53,577 nt of DNA. Source: Vicugna vicugna (lineage: Eukaryota). How positions within the stretch are numbered: the stretch's first letter is position 1; each line of letters opens with the position of its first letter. The notes beneath the pieces were generated by a model. The model worked only from the letters and a program-made list of their open reading frames with translations. It was not told the origin of the DNA and did not search any database. Location: contig MU058835.1 in NCBI GenBank assembly GCA_013265495.1, positions 1 through 53,577 on the forward strand, written 5' to 3'. Below are positions 38,255 to 50,080 of this stretch, piece after piece. The translations under genes and the position numbers were made by a program.

Positions 38255-39640
38255 TCAAACATATGTACAAAAAACACTTGTAGAAAAATTATAGCAACAT
38301 AATTTGTAACCACCAAAAGTGAAAATAATCTAAATGTTAATCAATGATAGGATAGATAGACACTTTTGTATGTTTATGACATGGAATACTATGCAGCAAT
38401 AAAAAGTAAACTCCTACTACTGAGAGAAACATGGAAAAATAGACAAACATAATGTTTGACCAAATAAACCAAGCACAAAGTGCTACATATTATAGGATTT
38501 CAGTTATGTAACATTTAAAACACAAACCAAATTATGGTTATGGGCGTCAGAATAATGGTTAACTTCGGGGGTTCAGTGACTGGGAAGGGCTTCAAGGAGG
38601 ACTCTGGGGTGCTGATATTGTTCTATATCTTTTTTTTTCCTTTTCTTTTCTTTTCCAACTACATCTTCCACTATTTCTAAGCACCACAGAGGACTAAGAG
38701 AGACTAGCACCATAGTCAAGGAGTATCCAAAGCATGTGTGTCAATTTAAAAACACTGTCAAAAGGGCAATGCCCTCAGCTGCAGGACCTGGTTATGAGCA
38801 GCACCACCCTACCCTCAGGTCATACCCATGACCGCAGCAGCTGCTTGCAGCCACTCCAGCCTGCAAAATGAGCAGAGAGCAGGCCTAGCCGCCTTCACCC
38901 TATACCCTACAATCCAAGCCTCCTCCCCAGGTACATTTTCTCCCTATGAAACCCCTCCCATGCCTCCTGCTCGAGTGACAGACAAGCTGCCCCCGCCCAG
39001 GAACCCCTTGGCCTCGGCCAGGCGCCCTAGGGGCTGCTCCTCGATCGCACCCTCTTCTCCACTGACCCCGTCGTCGGTGGAGGTGGCGGCCGCCACAACG
39101 AGGGGACCACAGACGCCAGGAGCCCCACTGCCCCATACATCCACCCAGCCTCCAGCAAAAGCAGCGGCGGTGGAGGCGGCCAGAGTGGTGGTGGCAGATC
39201 CTCCGCCCCGCCCGCCAGAACCCCCCACGCGTACATCACGCAACAGAGGCCGTGGTGCCTTTGGTACCCAGGCCGGGTAGGGCCGGAGTGGGGCCTGCCT
39301 CGCCCGCCGCCTCCGGCACCATGGGGCACACTCAGGCCCCACGTTCCAGCCCCGGGCAGACGCCCCTCTACCTCCCAGCTGAGGCGGCAGCCCCGACCCC
39401 GAAATCCAGGCCCTGGATCTGGCCCAGCCTCCTGTGGTAGCCCCTGCCCTGGCGCATCCAAGCCGGGTCGCACAAGACCTGCCGCCTCCTTCATCCTCTG
39501 CCCCGCGAGGAGGGACCGCAACCTCAGTCTGAGAACTACTCTTCTGTATCTTGATCTGGCTAGTAGTTACAGGCATATGTTTACTTTTAAAACTTCCGCA
39601 AACTATGTGTACTTATGATTAATGCACTATTCTATATGTA
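38255..39640 (+). mobile_element. Ancient L1M 3' end hosting the retrocopy
   Basis: Removing 38632-39552 restores ggggtgctgatattgttctatatcttgatctggctagtagttacagg, a typical L1M 3' UTR motif. Confidence 0.8.
38632..39541 (-). pseudogene. Retroposed copy of a CpG-rich, apparently unspliced transcript 5' end (source gene not identified)
   Basis: TSD TTCT(A/G)TATCTT at 38621-38631 and 39542-39552; T-rich tail 38632-38654; L1 endonuclease-like site TCTT/GA; CpG-rich block inside AT-rich L1. Confidence 0.85.
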
Positions 39641-40265
39641 AAAGTACTAAATGGGATACAGGTGAATATAATGTGGTGAATAAAAAGCACAATATTTATA
39701 AAGAAGTTATAATGTTCATAAGCTTTCTTACACCTAATAAAATAGGAGTTAAATACATACAGCAAACCAAGTAGAACCTATTTAAAATGTAATTAGAGTG
39801 CGAGACATCAGAATACTTCTTTTAGAGTCAGAGAACCTGGTAGTCAAAAATAAAGACAAGGAGAGATTGAATACTATATCAACAAATTCAAATTAATAAA
39901 TCTTTAGAATAATTTTGGAAACCTCCAATGGAAAGTACACAGTCTTCATATACCAAAAAGTATTTACAGGAATCGATATAATTAAGTATAAATTAAGGTT
40001 ATTAATAACCCAATAAAATTAAGAATAAATAATAAAATGGTGACCAAAAGTAGAAAACATTAAGTACTTGGAAAGTCAGAAATATATGTTTAAATAGTCA
40101 TTAGGTCAAGAAGATATCAAACTAAAATGATAAACTCTATAGAAAGCAATGAAAAAGGAGGCCACATCATACATGAACTTATGGGACAAAGATGTACTCT
40201 GAGCTAAAAAATAATCGTAATGGTCATAATGCCTTAATTTTTTTAAGTAAGAAATGTAAAAGACA

Positions 40266-40385
40266 GGGGAAGGGTATACCTCAAGTGGTAGAGTGCATAC
40301 TGGTTCACTTCCCAGTACCTCCATTAAAAAAAAATAATTAAGTAAATAAACTGAATTACCTCCGCTCCCACCCCTAAAAAAATAG
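40266..40385 (+). mobile_element. vic-1-like SINE with an internal deletion
   Basis: ggggaagggtatacctcaagtggtagagtgcat..ggttcacttcccagtacctcc, tail with aattacctcc; about 20 nt between the A and B boxes missing relative to the 3056-3182 copy. Confidence 0.85.
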
Positions 40386-40670
40386 AAAGATAAAAGATGA
40401 AGAAATTTGCTTTCTATCTAGGAAATTATAGAAAGATTAGGAACCTTTTTTTTTTTTGCAACATAGGAAGAGAGAATTTATAGAGATAAAAATTGAAACT
40501 AATGAAATGAGAAACAAAATTTAGCAGAATAATTAATGAATCCAAATGCACTTATTTAAGGGAAAAAACAATAAAATAGATAACCTAGTGTAAACTTGAT
40601 TAAGAAAATGGAAAAGAAAGTAAAAATATGAATAATTAGGAGTGAGAAAAGAGAAATTACAATGTAAGAG

Positions 40671-42258
40671 GTTTTTTTTAAACATTTTTTGAGTTATAGT
40701 CATTTTACAATGTTGTGTCAAATTCCAGTGTAAAGCACAATTTTTCAGTTATACATGAACATGTATATATTCATTGTCACATTTTTTTCACTGTGAGCTA
40801 CCACAAGATCTTGTATATATTTCTCTGTGCTGTACAGTATAATCTTGTTTATCTATTCTGCATATGCCTGTCAGTATCTACAAATTTTGAACTCCCAGTC
40901 TGTCCCATCCCACCCCTCACCTCCTTGGCAACCACAAGTTTGTATTCTATGTCTCTGAATCTGTTTCTGTTTTGTATTTATGTTCTTTATTTTATTTTTT
41001 TGTTTTTAGATTCCACATATGAGCGATCTCATACAGTATTTTTCTTTCTCTTTCTGGCATACTTCACTTAGAATGACATTCTCCAGGGACATCCATGTTG
41101 CTGCAAATGGCATTATGTTGTCGGTTTTTATGACTGAATAGTATTCCATTGTATAAATATACCACTACTTCTTTATTCAGTCATCTGTCAATGGCCATTG
41201 AGACTGTTCCCATGTCTTGGCTATTGTAATTAGTGCTGCTATGAACATTGGGGTGAAAGTGTCTTTTTGAAGTCTGGTTCCTTCTGGATATATGCCCAGG
41301 AGTGGGATTACTGGGTCATATGGTAAGTCTATTCCTAGTCTTTTGAGGAATCTCCATACTGTACTCCACAGTGGCTGCTCCAAACTGCATTCCCACTAAC
41401 AGTGTAGGCGGGTTCTCTTTTCTCCACAGCCTCTCCAGCATTTGTCATTTGTGGACTGTTGAATGATGGCCATTCTGACTGGTGTGAGGTGACACCTCAT
41501 TGTAGTTTTGATATGCATTTCTCTGATAATTAGTGATATTCAGCATTTTATCATGTGCCTATTGGTCATTTGTATTTCTTCCTTGGAGAATTGCATGTTT
41601 AGGTCTTCTGCCCATTTTTGGATTGGGTTGTTTGTTTTTTTCTTAAATTGTATAAGCTGCTTATATTTTCTGGAGATTCAAGCCTTTGTCAGTTTCATCA
41701 TTTGCAAAAAATTTCTCCCATTCTGTAGGTTCTTGATTTGTTTTACTTATGATTTTCTTTGCTGTGCAGAAGCTTGTAAGTTTCATTAGGTCCCATTTGT
41801 TTATTCTTGCTTTTCTTTCTATTGCTTGGGTAGACTGTTCTAGGAGAACATTTTTGAGAGGTGTGAGATTATGTTTTGCCTATATTTTTTTCTAGGAGGT
41901 TTATTATATCTTGTCTTATGTTTAAGTCTTTGATCCATTTTGAGTTTATTTTTGTGTATGGTGTAAGGGAGTGTTCTAGTTTCACTGATTTACATGCTGC
42001 TGTCCAATTTTCCCAACAGCATTTGCTGAAGAGACTATCTTGATTCCATTGTATATGCTTGCCTCCTTTGTCAAAGATGAGTTGACCAAAACTTTGTGGG
42101 TTCATTTCTGGGCTCTCTATTCTGTTCCATTGATCCATATGTCTGTTTTTGTATCAATACCATGCTGTTTTGTTTACAGTAGCTCTGTAGTATTGTCTGA
42201 AGTCTGGGAGAGTTATTCCTCCAGCCTCTTTCTTTTTCTTCAGTAATGCTTTGGCAAT
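40671..42258 (-). mobile_element. Young 5'-truncated L1 (~1.6 kb of ORF2 C-terminus plus 3' UTR)
   Basis: ORFs 41869-42138 ([13 protein letters not shown]...LIFDKG...[16 protein letters not shown]) and 41177-41383 ([26 protein letters not shown]). Confidence 0.97.
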
Positions 42259-42999
42259 TTTTTAAAATTGTAAAACAAAATTATATGAAGCTCCATGAAG
42301 CAAATTTGCAAATCTAGAAGAAATGGGTAATTTCTCAGTAAAATATAAATGATCAAAATTAACCCAGTAATAAAATATGAATTTTTTTGAATAAACCAAT
42401 TACCACAGAAGACATTGGAAAGATAAAAAAGACCTTTCACTAAAAATGTTACCTACTGGTTTTATAGGTGAAACCTATCTAACCTTTAAAGAACAGATAG
42501 TTCCTATGTCATTTAAATGATTCTAAGCCACAGAAAAAAATACAGAAGCTCCTGTTTCATTTGACAAAGCCTGCACAACTTAACTGCACAAAGTTTTACA
42601 GCAAAACTTTGTAAAGAAGAAATAGATAACTGTAATCTCCTTTCCAAAAAACAAATAGAATCTAGCATTCTAACTAAAGAATAAAACAACATGAATAATT
42701 AGGATTTATTCAAAGTGTGCAAAGGCTGCTATACGTTAGGAAATCTATCAAAGCAATCTATTAGAGCAACAAGGGAAAAATCTGATCATACCAAAGATGC
42801 TTTAAAATACACAATAAATTCAATAATCATTCCTATAATGATCCAGGTAGGGGCTGTAACTTCCACAATGCCTGAATGAGGAGTTCAGAAAATACTATTC
42901 CTAGAGAACAATGATAAAACTTTACAAAAGTATCAAAAAATTATTATTTCAAACTCTAGAAGTTAACTAAAGCACACAACAAACTAAAAATATTATTTA

Positions 43000-44200
43000 C
43001 TACTGGTTACATTCCATGTTGTGAAATCTCTTTTGTTTGATATAAATGTAGTCGCTCCAGAATTCTTTACATCAGTGTTTTTTATCTTTTTTATTTCTAT
43101 CCTATTTGTATCTTTATGTACAAGGTGGATTGCTGGTAGAAACCTCTTATGTCATTTGCATGTAATGCTATGAGTAATATAGGATTTAATATACTCTTTT
43201 GCTATTTGTTTTCTTTCTGTCCCATCTATTCTTTGCTCCTTTTTTCTCCCTTTTCCACTTAAAAAAATTAGTATTCCATTTTATCCACTATTAGCTTATT
43301 AGATACACACACTTTTTCTTTTGTAGCAGTTCTTCTACAGTTTATAAGATACATATTTTATAATTGTCTACCTTTAAATAATTTTATAACACTTCCTATA
43401 TATTTTGAGAACCTTAGAAAAGGGTAATTCTCCCCTCAAAAAATATATCATTGTGTTATATTTTATTTCTACATATGTTATAAACCTCACAACATATGCT
43501 TATTTTCTCTAAACAAATATCATTTAAAGAGATTTTAAAAGTGAGGAAAATGTATCTTATACTTAATTACATATTACCATTTTCAGTGCTCTATATTCTT
43601 TTGTGTAGATCCATATTTCTTCTAGTATCACATTCTGTCTGAAGAATTTCTTTGTACATTTAAACATTATTTGTAGCATAGGCCTGCTGGCAATAAACTT
43701 TCTCAGTTTTCATTCACCTTTAAAAAGTCTGTACTTAACTTTCATTTTTGAAGGAGATGTTTGTAGTTTACTGAATTTGAGGCTGGCGCTTTTTCTTTCA
43801 GTGCTTTAAAGATACTATCTCATTGTCCTCTGGCTCTGACCAGAAGTCTGCTGTCTGCCTTTTTACTTTTCTCTCTATTATTGTGTCCTCCCTCACCCCC
43901 ACCTTCATTTACAACTTTCTTCTTACAGCTAGTGCTTTTCAACAATTTGACCATGATGTGTCTTGGTGTGATTTCCTTTGTTCTTTGTTTGTGGTTCATT
44001 GTGTTTCTTACTTTTGTAAGTTTAGAGTATTAATCAAATTTAGACTTTTTTAGCCATTATTTCTTTTTGATGTTCCATTCAGTCCTCAGGTTTTTCCCAA
44101 TCTGCATTTTATTTGATGTTATGTCTTTTCCCTGTGGTGTCTAAGCTACTGTTAATCCCATTCAGTGTAATTTATACTTCAGGTATTGCTTTGAGAAAAA
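43000..44200 (-). mobile_element. Ancient L1M ORF1-ORF2 region
   Basis: ggcctgctggcaataaactttctcag, ctttcagtgctttaaagatac, cagaagtctgctgtc. Confidence 0.65.
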
Positions 44201-45440
44201 TTAAGTAGGGAAGGGAGATAGAATCCAAGTGTATGTTTTAACTATGGTCATCAGGAAAAATCTTATTGATATGGTGAAATTCATGCAAAGTCCTAGAGGA
44301 GGTGAGGTCAAGAGATTCAAGTCTTCAGCATCCTCCAAAGCTTTTTCTTATAACTTTAGCACCTTTTTCTATTTAAACTGTTCTTTTCCTCTAATTCAGT
44401 AAGGATAGTTTTCCTTTGTCTTCTGTATGCTCCTTTTTGTCTTAGAGTCTGTTTAATTATGTTCATTTACATTTGCTTCTCTCTTGCCTTCTTTCCCTTG
44501 CTTCTCTCTTGCCTTTTTTCCCTCTCTTTTAATTTCTTATTTCTAGAGACCACATTTTCTTTAATTTAGTTGATAATTAATGAAAAACATATTCTGTGGC
44601 ATGTCTTCATCTGGTGAATATTCTTCACCTGATTTTTGCTTGTCATGTAGTTTTTTTTTTTCTTTGTGGCTGTTTTCTGACTATTACTGAACTTTGAATG
44701 GGATCAATTCCTTCTGGATCAATTACTTATGAAAGGTTGTACAGGGAGGGTTTGTGACTGATTAGAGACAGAAGGCAGCTTGGGCTTAGGACTTTCTCAC
44801 TTTCATACCATATACATGTCCACATTGCATATTCTCAAAGTCTAATATTCTGGAACCAGTTTTGGGGTAAGCAGAATGTTTGCTTGTCTCATGTATGCAA
44901 TGGTTTTTTTTGGTATGGTAATTTAGCATTTATTGTTCCTGATTATTTTCTTTATCTAGTGTCAGTAGCAGCTGAGCTCATTGTCACTTATGCTCATTCA
45001 CACATTTACCTCATTAAATCGATAGTCTCTTGTAGAAATGGTAGGTCCACACAGACTTTTATTTAGTCTTGTATCTTCTGCCTTTCTATGGTGCTAAACT
45101 AGGTTTAGGATACTCCCAAAAGCCCACCTCCTTTTTCCTATTTCTGAATCTTGTGGGATGTCCTACAGATGGATTAGCTATGGAAGCCCTTGAATTAGAG
45201 AGGAACCTGGGATGAAAAGCTTTAAGCCCTGCTGGTGTAACATCAGATACTGGCTTTCAAAAATGTAAGTAAACTTCACAAAGTTGTGATAGATGGTTCT
45301 GGATTGGAAAAAGCTACAAGTAAGCAGATTTCTAGAGAATACATTTGGTTACATTAGCAATAATAATTAGATGGATCTTACTGGGAGAGATGGAAGGAAG
45401 AGAAGTGACAATTGTGGAAATAAAACCTCTTATAGGGACA

Positions 45441-45628
45441 ACAGTTCTCTGAAATATGGCCACTCAGCCAGAAGCATCAGCATCACCTGGAAACTTGTTA
45501 GAAATGCAAATTGTCAGGACTTTCTTCAGACCTGGTGAATCAGAAATTTTGCAGGTAGGACTCAAATATCTTTTTTTAACAAACCATCCAGGTGATTCTG
45601 ATGTATGTTAAACTTTGAAAACCAATGT
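45441..45628. mobile_element. MER5A hAT-Charlie DNA transposon
   Basis: agcatcagcatcacctggaaacttgttagaaatgcaaatt...ccaggtgattctgatg...tttgaaaaccaatg. Confidence 0.9.
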
Positions 45629-45664
45629 ATGAGGGGAAGAAAAAGAACTCAATGTGTAGATATG

Positions 45665-45852
45665 TAGTTTTCAAACTTCTTTATCTAGCATCCAATTCAT
45701 CTGGAGAGATTATTAAAGATTACTAGATCCTACTTTAATAAGAGTTCCTGATTCAGTAGGACTAGTTGGGGTGGAAGATACTTTGCATGCTAACAAGTTC
45801 CTGGGTGATACTGATGCTAGTGGACCAGGAAACATGCTTTGAGAATAAATAG
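45665..45852. mobile_element. MER5A-like element in the opposite orientation to its neighbour
   Basis: ttgcatgctaacaagttcctgggtgatactgatgct resembles the reverse complement of the first copy's agcatcagcatcacctggaaacttgttag. Confidence 0.8.
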
Positions 45853-46351
45853 TCTACATACAAGATTTGAGTAAAGGCAAGACTTCGGGTAAGAAAAGGA
45901 TTTTCTGGACTGAAGATTTGGAGGAAGGGGGTTTGGGAAGAGAGGTGATGACTATATTCACATATCAGTGATTTACACAGAGAAAGACTCTGCCTGCTTT
46001 GGGCTCCGGGGAGGCAGCAAGGCCTAGGAAGTCAGGGATTTCATTTCACTCACCAAGTGTCTTGCTGTCCATGCTTGAGAGTGGTAGGAAAGTAGTAGAA
46101 AGAGCCAGGAGTCCAGAAAGTACCGGGGAGACAATCTTCCAAGTGGCCTGTGTGAACCAAGGCCCAGGCACCAACCATGGTGGTCACAGGTCAGTAGATA
46201 CCTGCAGGGAGAGTTGAGTTCATCAAGCAGATTCCCATTCTTGGATCCTGAAAAGTTAGCTCCTCAGAAGCCTCCAGAACTGAACCAGAATTGAAGAAAA
46301 GTGCTGACATGTCCAAATGGACTTAGATTGTTCTCATCACCATGTAGGAAT

Positions 46352-46596
46352 AGGGCCAGGGCCATCCCTGAAAGGGTGAGGGATCCAGGGGTTTACAACA
46401 AAGATACGACACTTGAAAGGGTCCGTGCTGTTAGTGTCTTTCATAGGCTCTTTGAGAGACTGTTAAAGACAGAAAATTTGAAATTTAATTTCAATGATGC
46501 TTCATCAACATGGGAAAGGTGCAGTGCCTATGATAAGCCCTCAAGCTTGGACCTGAAATGACTGCCTCAGTTGCCTGACCCAAGGGACTGGCCTGG
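46352..46596. mobile_element. Possible MER45-like hAT element
   Basis: TIR-like ends cagggccatccct / gggactggcctg, ttgcctg near the end. Confidence 0.4.
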
Positions 46597-47199
46597 TGGA
46601 GGCAGAAATTAATTTGGGTTCTAAGACATAAAATGACTAATTATGAAGAAACAATTGGTAAAACTCAAACTAAGGGACATTCTACCAAACAGCTGGCTTG
46701 TACATTCAAATATGTACTGCATATTAGATTATGGAATTGTGGCAACAGTTTCCTAAATTTGAACAAAAGTGAACCTGACTTTGTGGATGTAGCAGGTCCA
46801 AATCACAATCCACAGACCAGAATAATGAAGTTCATAATGCATCACAAAGAAATTACACACCAAGAATAGAAGTTGTTTCTTTTTCATTTTTCAAAATTAT
46901 TTTAGAACTTTCAAGAGTCCATGGTTGATTCCTTCTCTAGGTGTTTGGTAGACTGTTCTCAGAGTGGGATGTGCTAGACTTGTCCAGGACAGGTGTGGAA
47001 TAACACACAGTCTTGATTTCAGTCTTTCCCAGGGTGATAAGAAGCACAGAGTTTACTGCTGACATCTGAGACAGGAAGAGCAGCTTCATGCAATCCCTTT
47101 CAAAGTAACTGCTCTTTGTTTTCTCTCCTTGTGTGATCTTTTTTGCTTCTGAGTTTCTATAGTGCTTGCAGCCTGAACCAAGCACCCTAACATTTGATT

Positions 47200-47388
47200 T
47201 TATCAAGCCCTGTGTTTTCCCCAGTTGTTTCATGTATGTACCATTCATCTCCCAATGCAGATGTAACCTTTACAGAGGCAGGGCTTTGTCTTCCATTACT
47301 TTTGTATCCAGAATCCCTGTACCAGACTCCTGTAAGCACAAAAGGAACATTGGTCAATTTATTCACAGAATGAATGAATGAATGAATG
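47200..47388 (+). mobile_element. L2 3' end with (TGAA)n tail
   Basis: gaggcagggctttgtctt...tgtatcc...gaatgaatgaatgaatgaatg. Confidence 0.8.
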
Positions 47389-48011
47389 GCATTGTCCATT
47401 TCTCCTATTACTCCAGTTAAAAAAAAGAGCTCCCCCCAGAAACATGTCTGTTGGATTTGAGAGAATTTGAGTAAAAAATGTAAGAATTTTCCACCTGTAT
47501 ATAAGATGCTATTTGCATCATTAATGGTTGCCTGTCTATTCCTTTCAACTCCTAGTTAGAGAATTACCACATGCCTCATTCTTTAGGACCAATGATATTT
47601 CATCTATAGGTTTACTCATTGCTTATCTGAAGTGGGTTATTGGACTAAACCAGGCAAGACTGTGAAATTAGCAATATCTACCTCTGTGGCCCTCCTTCCT
47701 CTGGCTGTTCATGCACTCCTAAAGTATTACCCACCCCCATCTTCTTTTTAACTAGTAGCCAACCAATTAATTAGCTGGGAAGATCTAAAATATTACCCCT
47801 CTATAGGACTATTTGTCTTTTAGAAAAAAAATTCAATAAGAGCTAGCTTTTATAATCTAAAAATTTATCTCAAATTGTACACATCCATATAATAAAAGCC
47901 AATGGGAGAGAGATTTAGGGATCAGGTTCCTTAAATCTCCCCTTCTAGGAAGAACCCCATTTTACCTATGCATGAAGTAGTGCTAGTAAGATTTATTAAA
48001 AAGGGGCCCAC

Positions 48012-48058
48012 TTTCTTTCTTTCTTTCTTTCCTTTCTTTCTTTCTTTTTCTTTTTTCT
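48012..48058. repeat. (TTTC)n pyrimidine tract
   Basis: Direct inspection. Confidence 0.85.
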
Positions 48059-48081
48059 TGGTTCTCCATTGTAAAATTTCC

Positions 48082-48527
48082 TTTTCTTTTTTTTTTTTAA
48101 TTGAAGTATAGTCAGTTACAACGTGTCAATATTGGTGTACAGCAGAGTGTCCCAGTCATGCATATACATATATATATTTGTTTTCATATTTTTAATAAAA
48201 GTTACTACAAGATATTGAATATAGTTCCCTGTGCTATATAGAAATTTATTCTTCATTTTTACATATTGTGGTTAACATCTGCAAATCTCAAACTCCCAAA
48301 CTTATCTCCTCCCTTCCCCTTTACCCCAGTAACCCACAAGTTTGTTTGCTATGTCTGTGAGTCTCTTTCATAGACAAGTTCATTAGTGTCCCCCCCTTTT
48401 TTTTTTTAGATTCCACATATGAGTGATATCATATGGTATTTTTCTTTCTCTTTCTGGCTTATGTCAATTAGAATGACAATCTCCAGGTCCATGCATGTTG
48501 CTGCAAATGGCATTATTTTATTCTTTT
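48082..48527 (-). mobile_element. L1 3' end
   Basis: Poly-T, ttaattgaagtatagtcagttacaa; same subfamily motifs as the 12368 and 16875 copies. Confidence 0.92.
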
Positions 48528-48540
48528 GTGTATGTGTGTG

Positions 48541-48635
48541 TTTATTTATTTTTTTCTAATGGATTCACTGGGGATTGAACCCAGAACCTTGTGCATGTTA
48601 AACACATAATCTACCACAGAGCTATTCCCACCCCC
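48541..48635 (-). mobile_element. vic-1-like SINE
   Basis: actggggattgaacccagaaccttgtgcatg...tctaccacagagctattccca. Confidence 0.85.
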
Positions 48636-49592
48636 TGAGGTTTGCTCCTTTTAGTAGAGGGACATACTCTTCCTGCACCCTTTTGTAAAGATACCTGTTT
48701 TATTGGAATGATCCCTGGTAGAGGAAGCCTGGACAGGGGAAGGGATGCTAGAGACCCAGCAGTAAACAGGAGGCAGGTTCCGAGCCCCCTTCTGCCCTTG
48801 CCTCTCTTGGTGAGACAGTCATGCTCTGCCGGCACCAGCTGGCCTTGCATGATGTGCCCTTCACTGTACTAGGTATGGATGCTGCCAGGACCCCCTGCTG
48901 ACTCACCCAGGGGATCTGGGTGGGCAGGAGAGGAGGCCACAGCTAGATGACTTCCTGTACTCACCTGAGGTTTTCTGCACCCATTTGAGAAAGATCATCC
49001 CCAGGAATAACCTTTGACAGGGCTTCAAGTTAGCCTTGCCTGGGAGGGACAGCCCAGCAGTGCACCATACCTGAGGGCCACCAACCACCATGGTACTTGC
49101 CTTCAAGCCAGGGATGGTCTGCCTGCCTCTTTCCTGGGAGCTCCAGCTGGCTTCATTGGTGGTTGACTTGAAAACCGGTGCTAGGCTGCCTGCCCTGGGG
49201 GTATGTTTGAATCAGGTAGGGGGCAGTGGCCTCTGCCAGATTTCTGGCTTGATTCACCCTTCATTCCCAGTCCTAACCCCAGAGGCCATGTCAGAAAGAG
49301 GCATGGGTGCTACTGAGTGCCCTAGACCCACGCTGTCCCCTAGTCAGCCTGAGGGAAAGATCAAAGCTTGGCTTCAGTGGATGCTTCTGTGTTGTCTCTA
49401 TTTGGAAGGAATCTTGGCAGAGATTGTGTGTTGCCTCCTCAGGAACCAGGATATAATTCACACCTTGATATAATTGTCTTACCTTTTGTCTGGATGGCTG
49501 CCTTTATTTTCATAGGAAAGATCAAGGGTATCTGTCAGCCTCAGGAGTTGTCAGGTCAGAACATCTGGTCCCAAGTCAGACAGGCTCCTTGG

Positions 49593-49606
49593 TGCCACCT
49601 AGTGTC
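49593..49606 (-). promoter_or_regulatory. CTCF-like motif
   Basis: tgccacctagtgtc = GACACTAGGTGGCA on the minus strand, one core mismatch. Confidence 0.5.
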
Positions 49607-49744
49607 AGGTGTAGCCCTTGGCAGGGAGAATGCCCACAAATGGGGATTCACCCCTAAGTCAATTCTTGGGTCCTGGCACAGTGGGAGTAGAGAGAGAGCA
49701 CTTTTCTTTCTTCCTAAATATAATAGTCGAGTGGCAGTGACTGA

Positions 49745-50080
49745 GCTGGCATGAATGAAATAATGCTACATGGTAGTGAGCACAAAGAGCTCATGGGGAA
49801 CACACAGGAGCGTCCTGAGAGTTCAGAGCAGGGGCCATGGGTGTGAGAGGATGAACAAGACATGGGAAGATGGAGGAGAGAAATGTAGAGTGAGGGGGTG
49901 AATGCGAGTGGGGTGCTCAGTTTAGGGCAGCAGCTGAAGGGGAAACAGATAAGATTGGAGAGGAAGATGGGAGCCTTGAAAGCTGGAAGATACGGTTTGA
50001 AGTTCACCTTGTAAGTTCTGGGGACACTTTGAAAATTTTCAGCAGGGAAGTGACAGGTTGAAAAAGGTGGATTGGAATGT
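49745..50080 (-). mobile_element. Degenerate L2 fragment
   Basis: Purine-rich; ggagccttgaaagc...tttgaagttcacctt...tttcagcagggaagtgaca. Confidence 0.55.

Larger units (their letters stand above)
39650..42850 (+). mobile_element. Ancient L1M ORF2 fragments, split by a SINE and a young L1
   Basis: acttggaaagtcagaaatata, aacttatgggac, aaaattgaaactaatgaaatgagaaac, aaatttgcaaatctagaagaaatgg. Confidence 0.65.

Noticed and set aside
40671..42258. Active L1
   Set aside because: 5'-truncated, lacks ORF1, endonuclease and most of RT, and the ORF2 frame is broken.
45169..45264. Plus-strand exon-like segment ending in gtaagt
   Set aside because: Stops in all frames and a mediocre acceptor.
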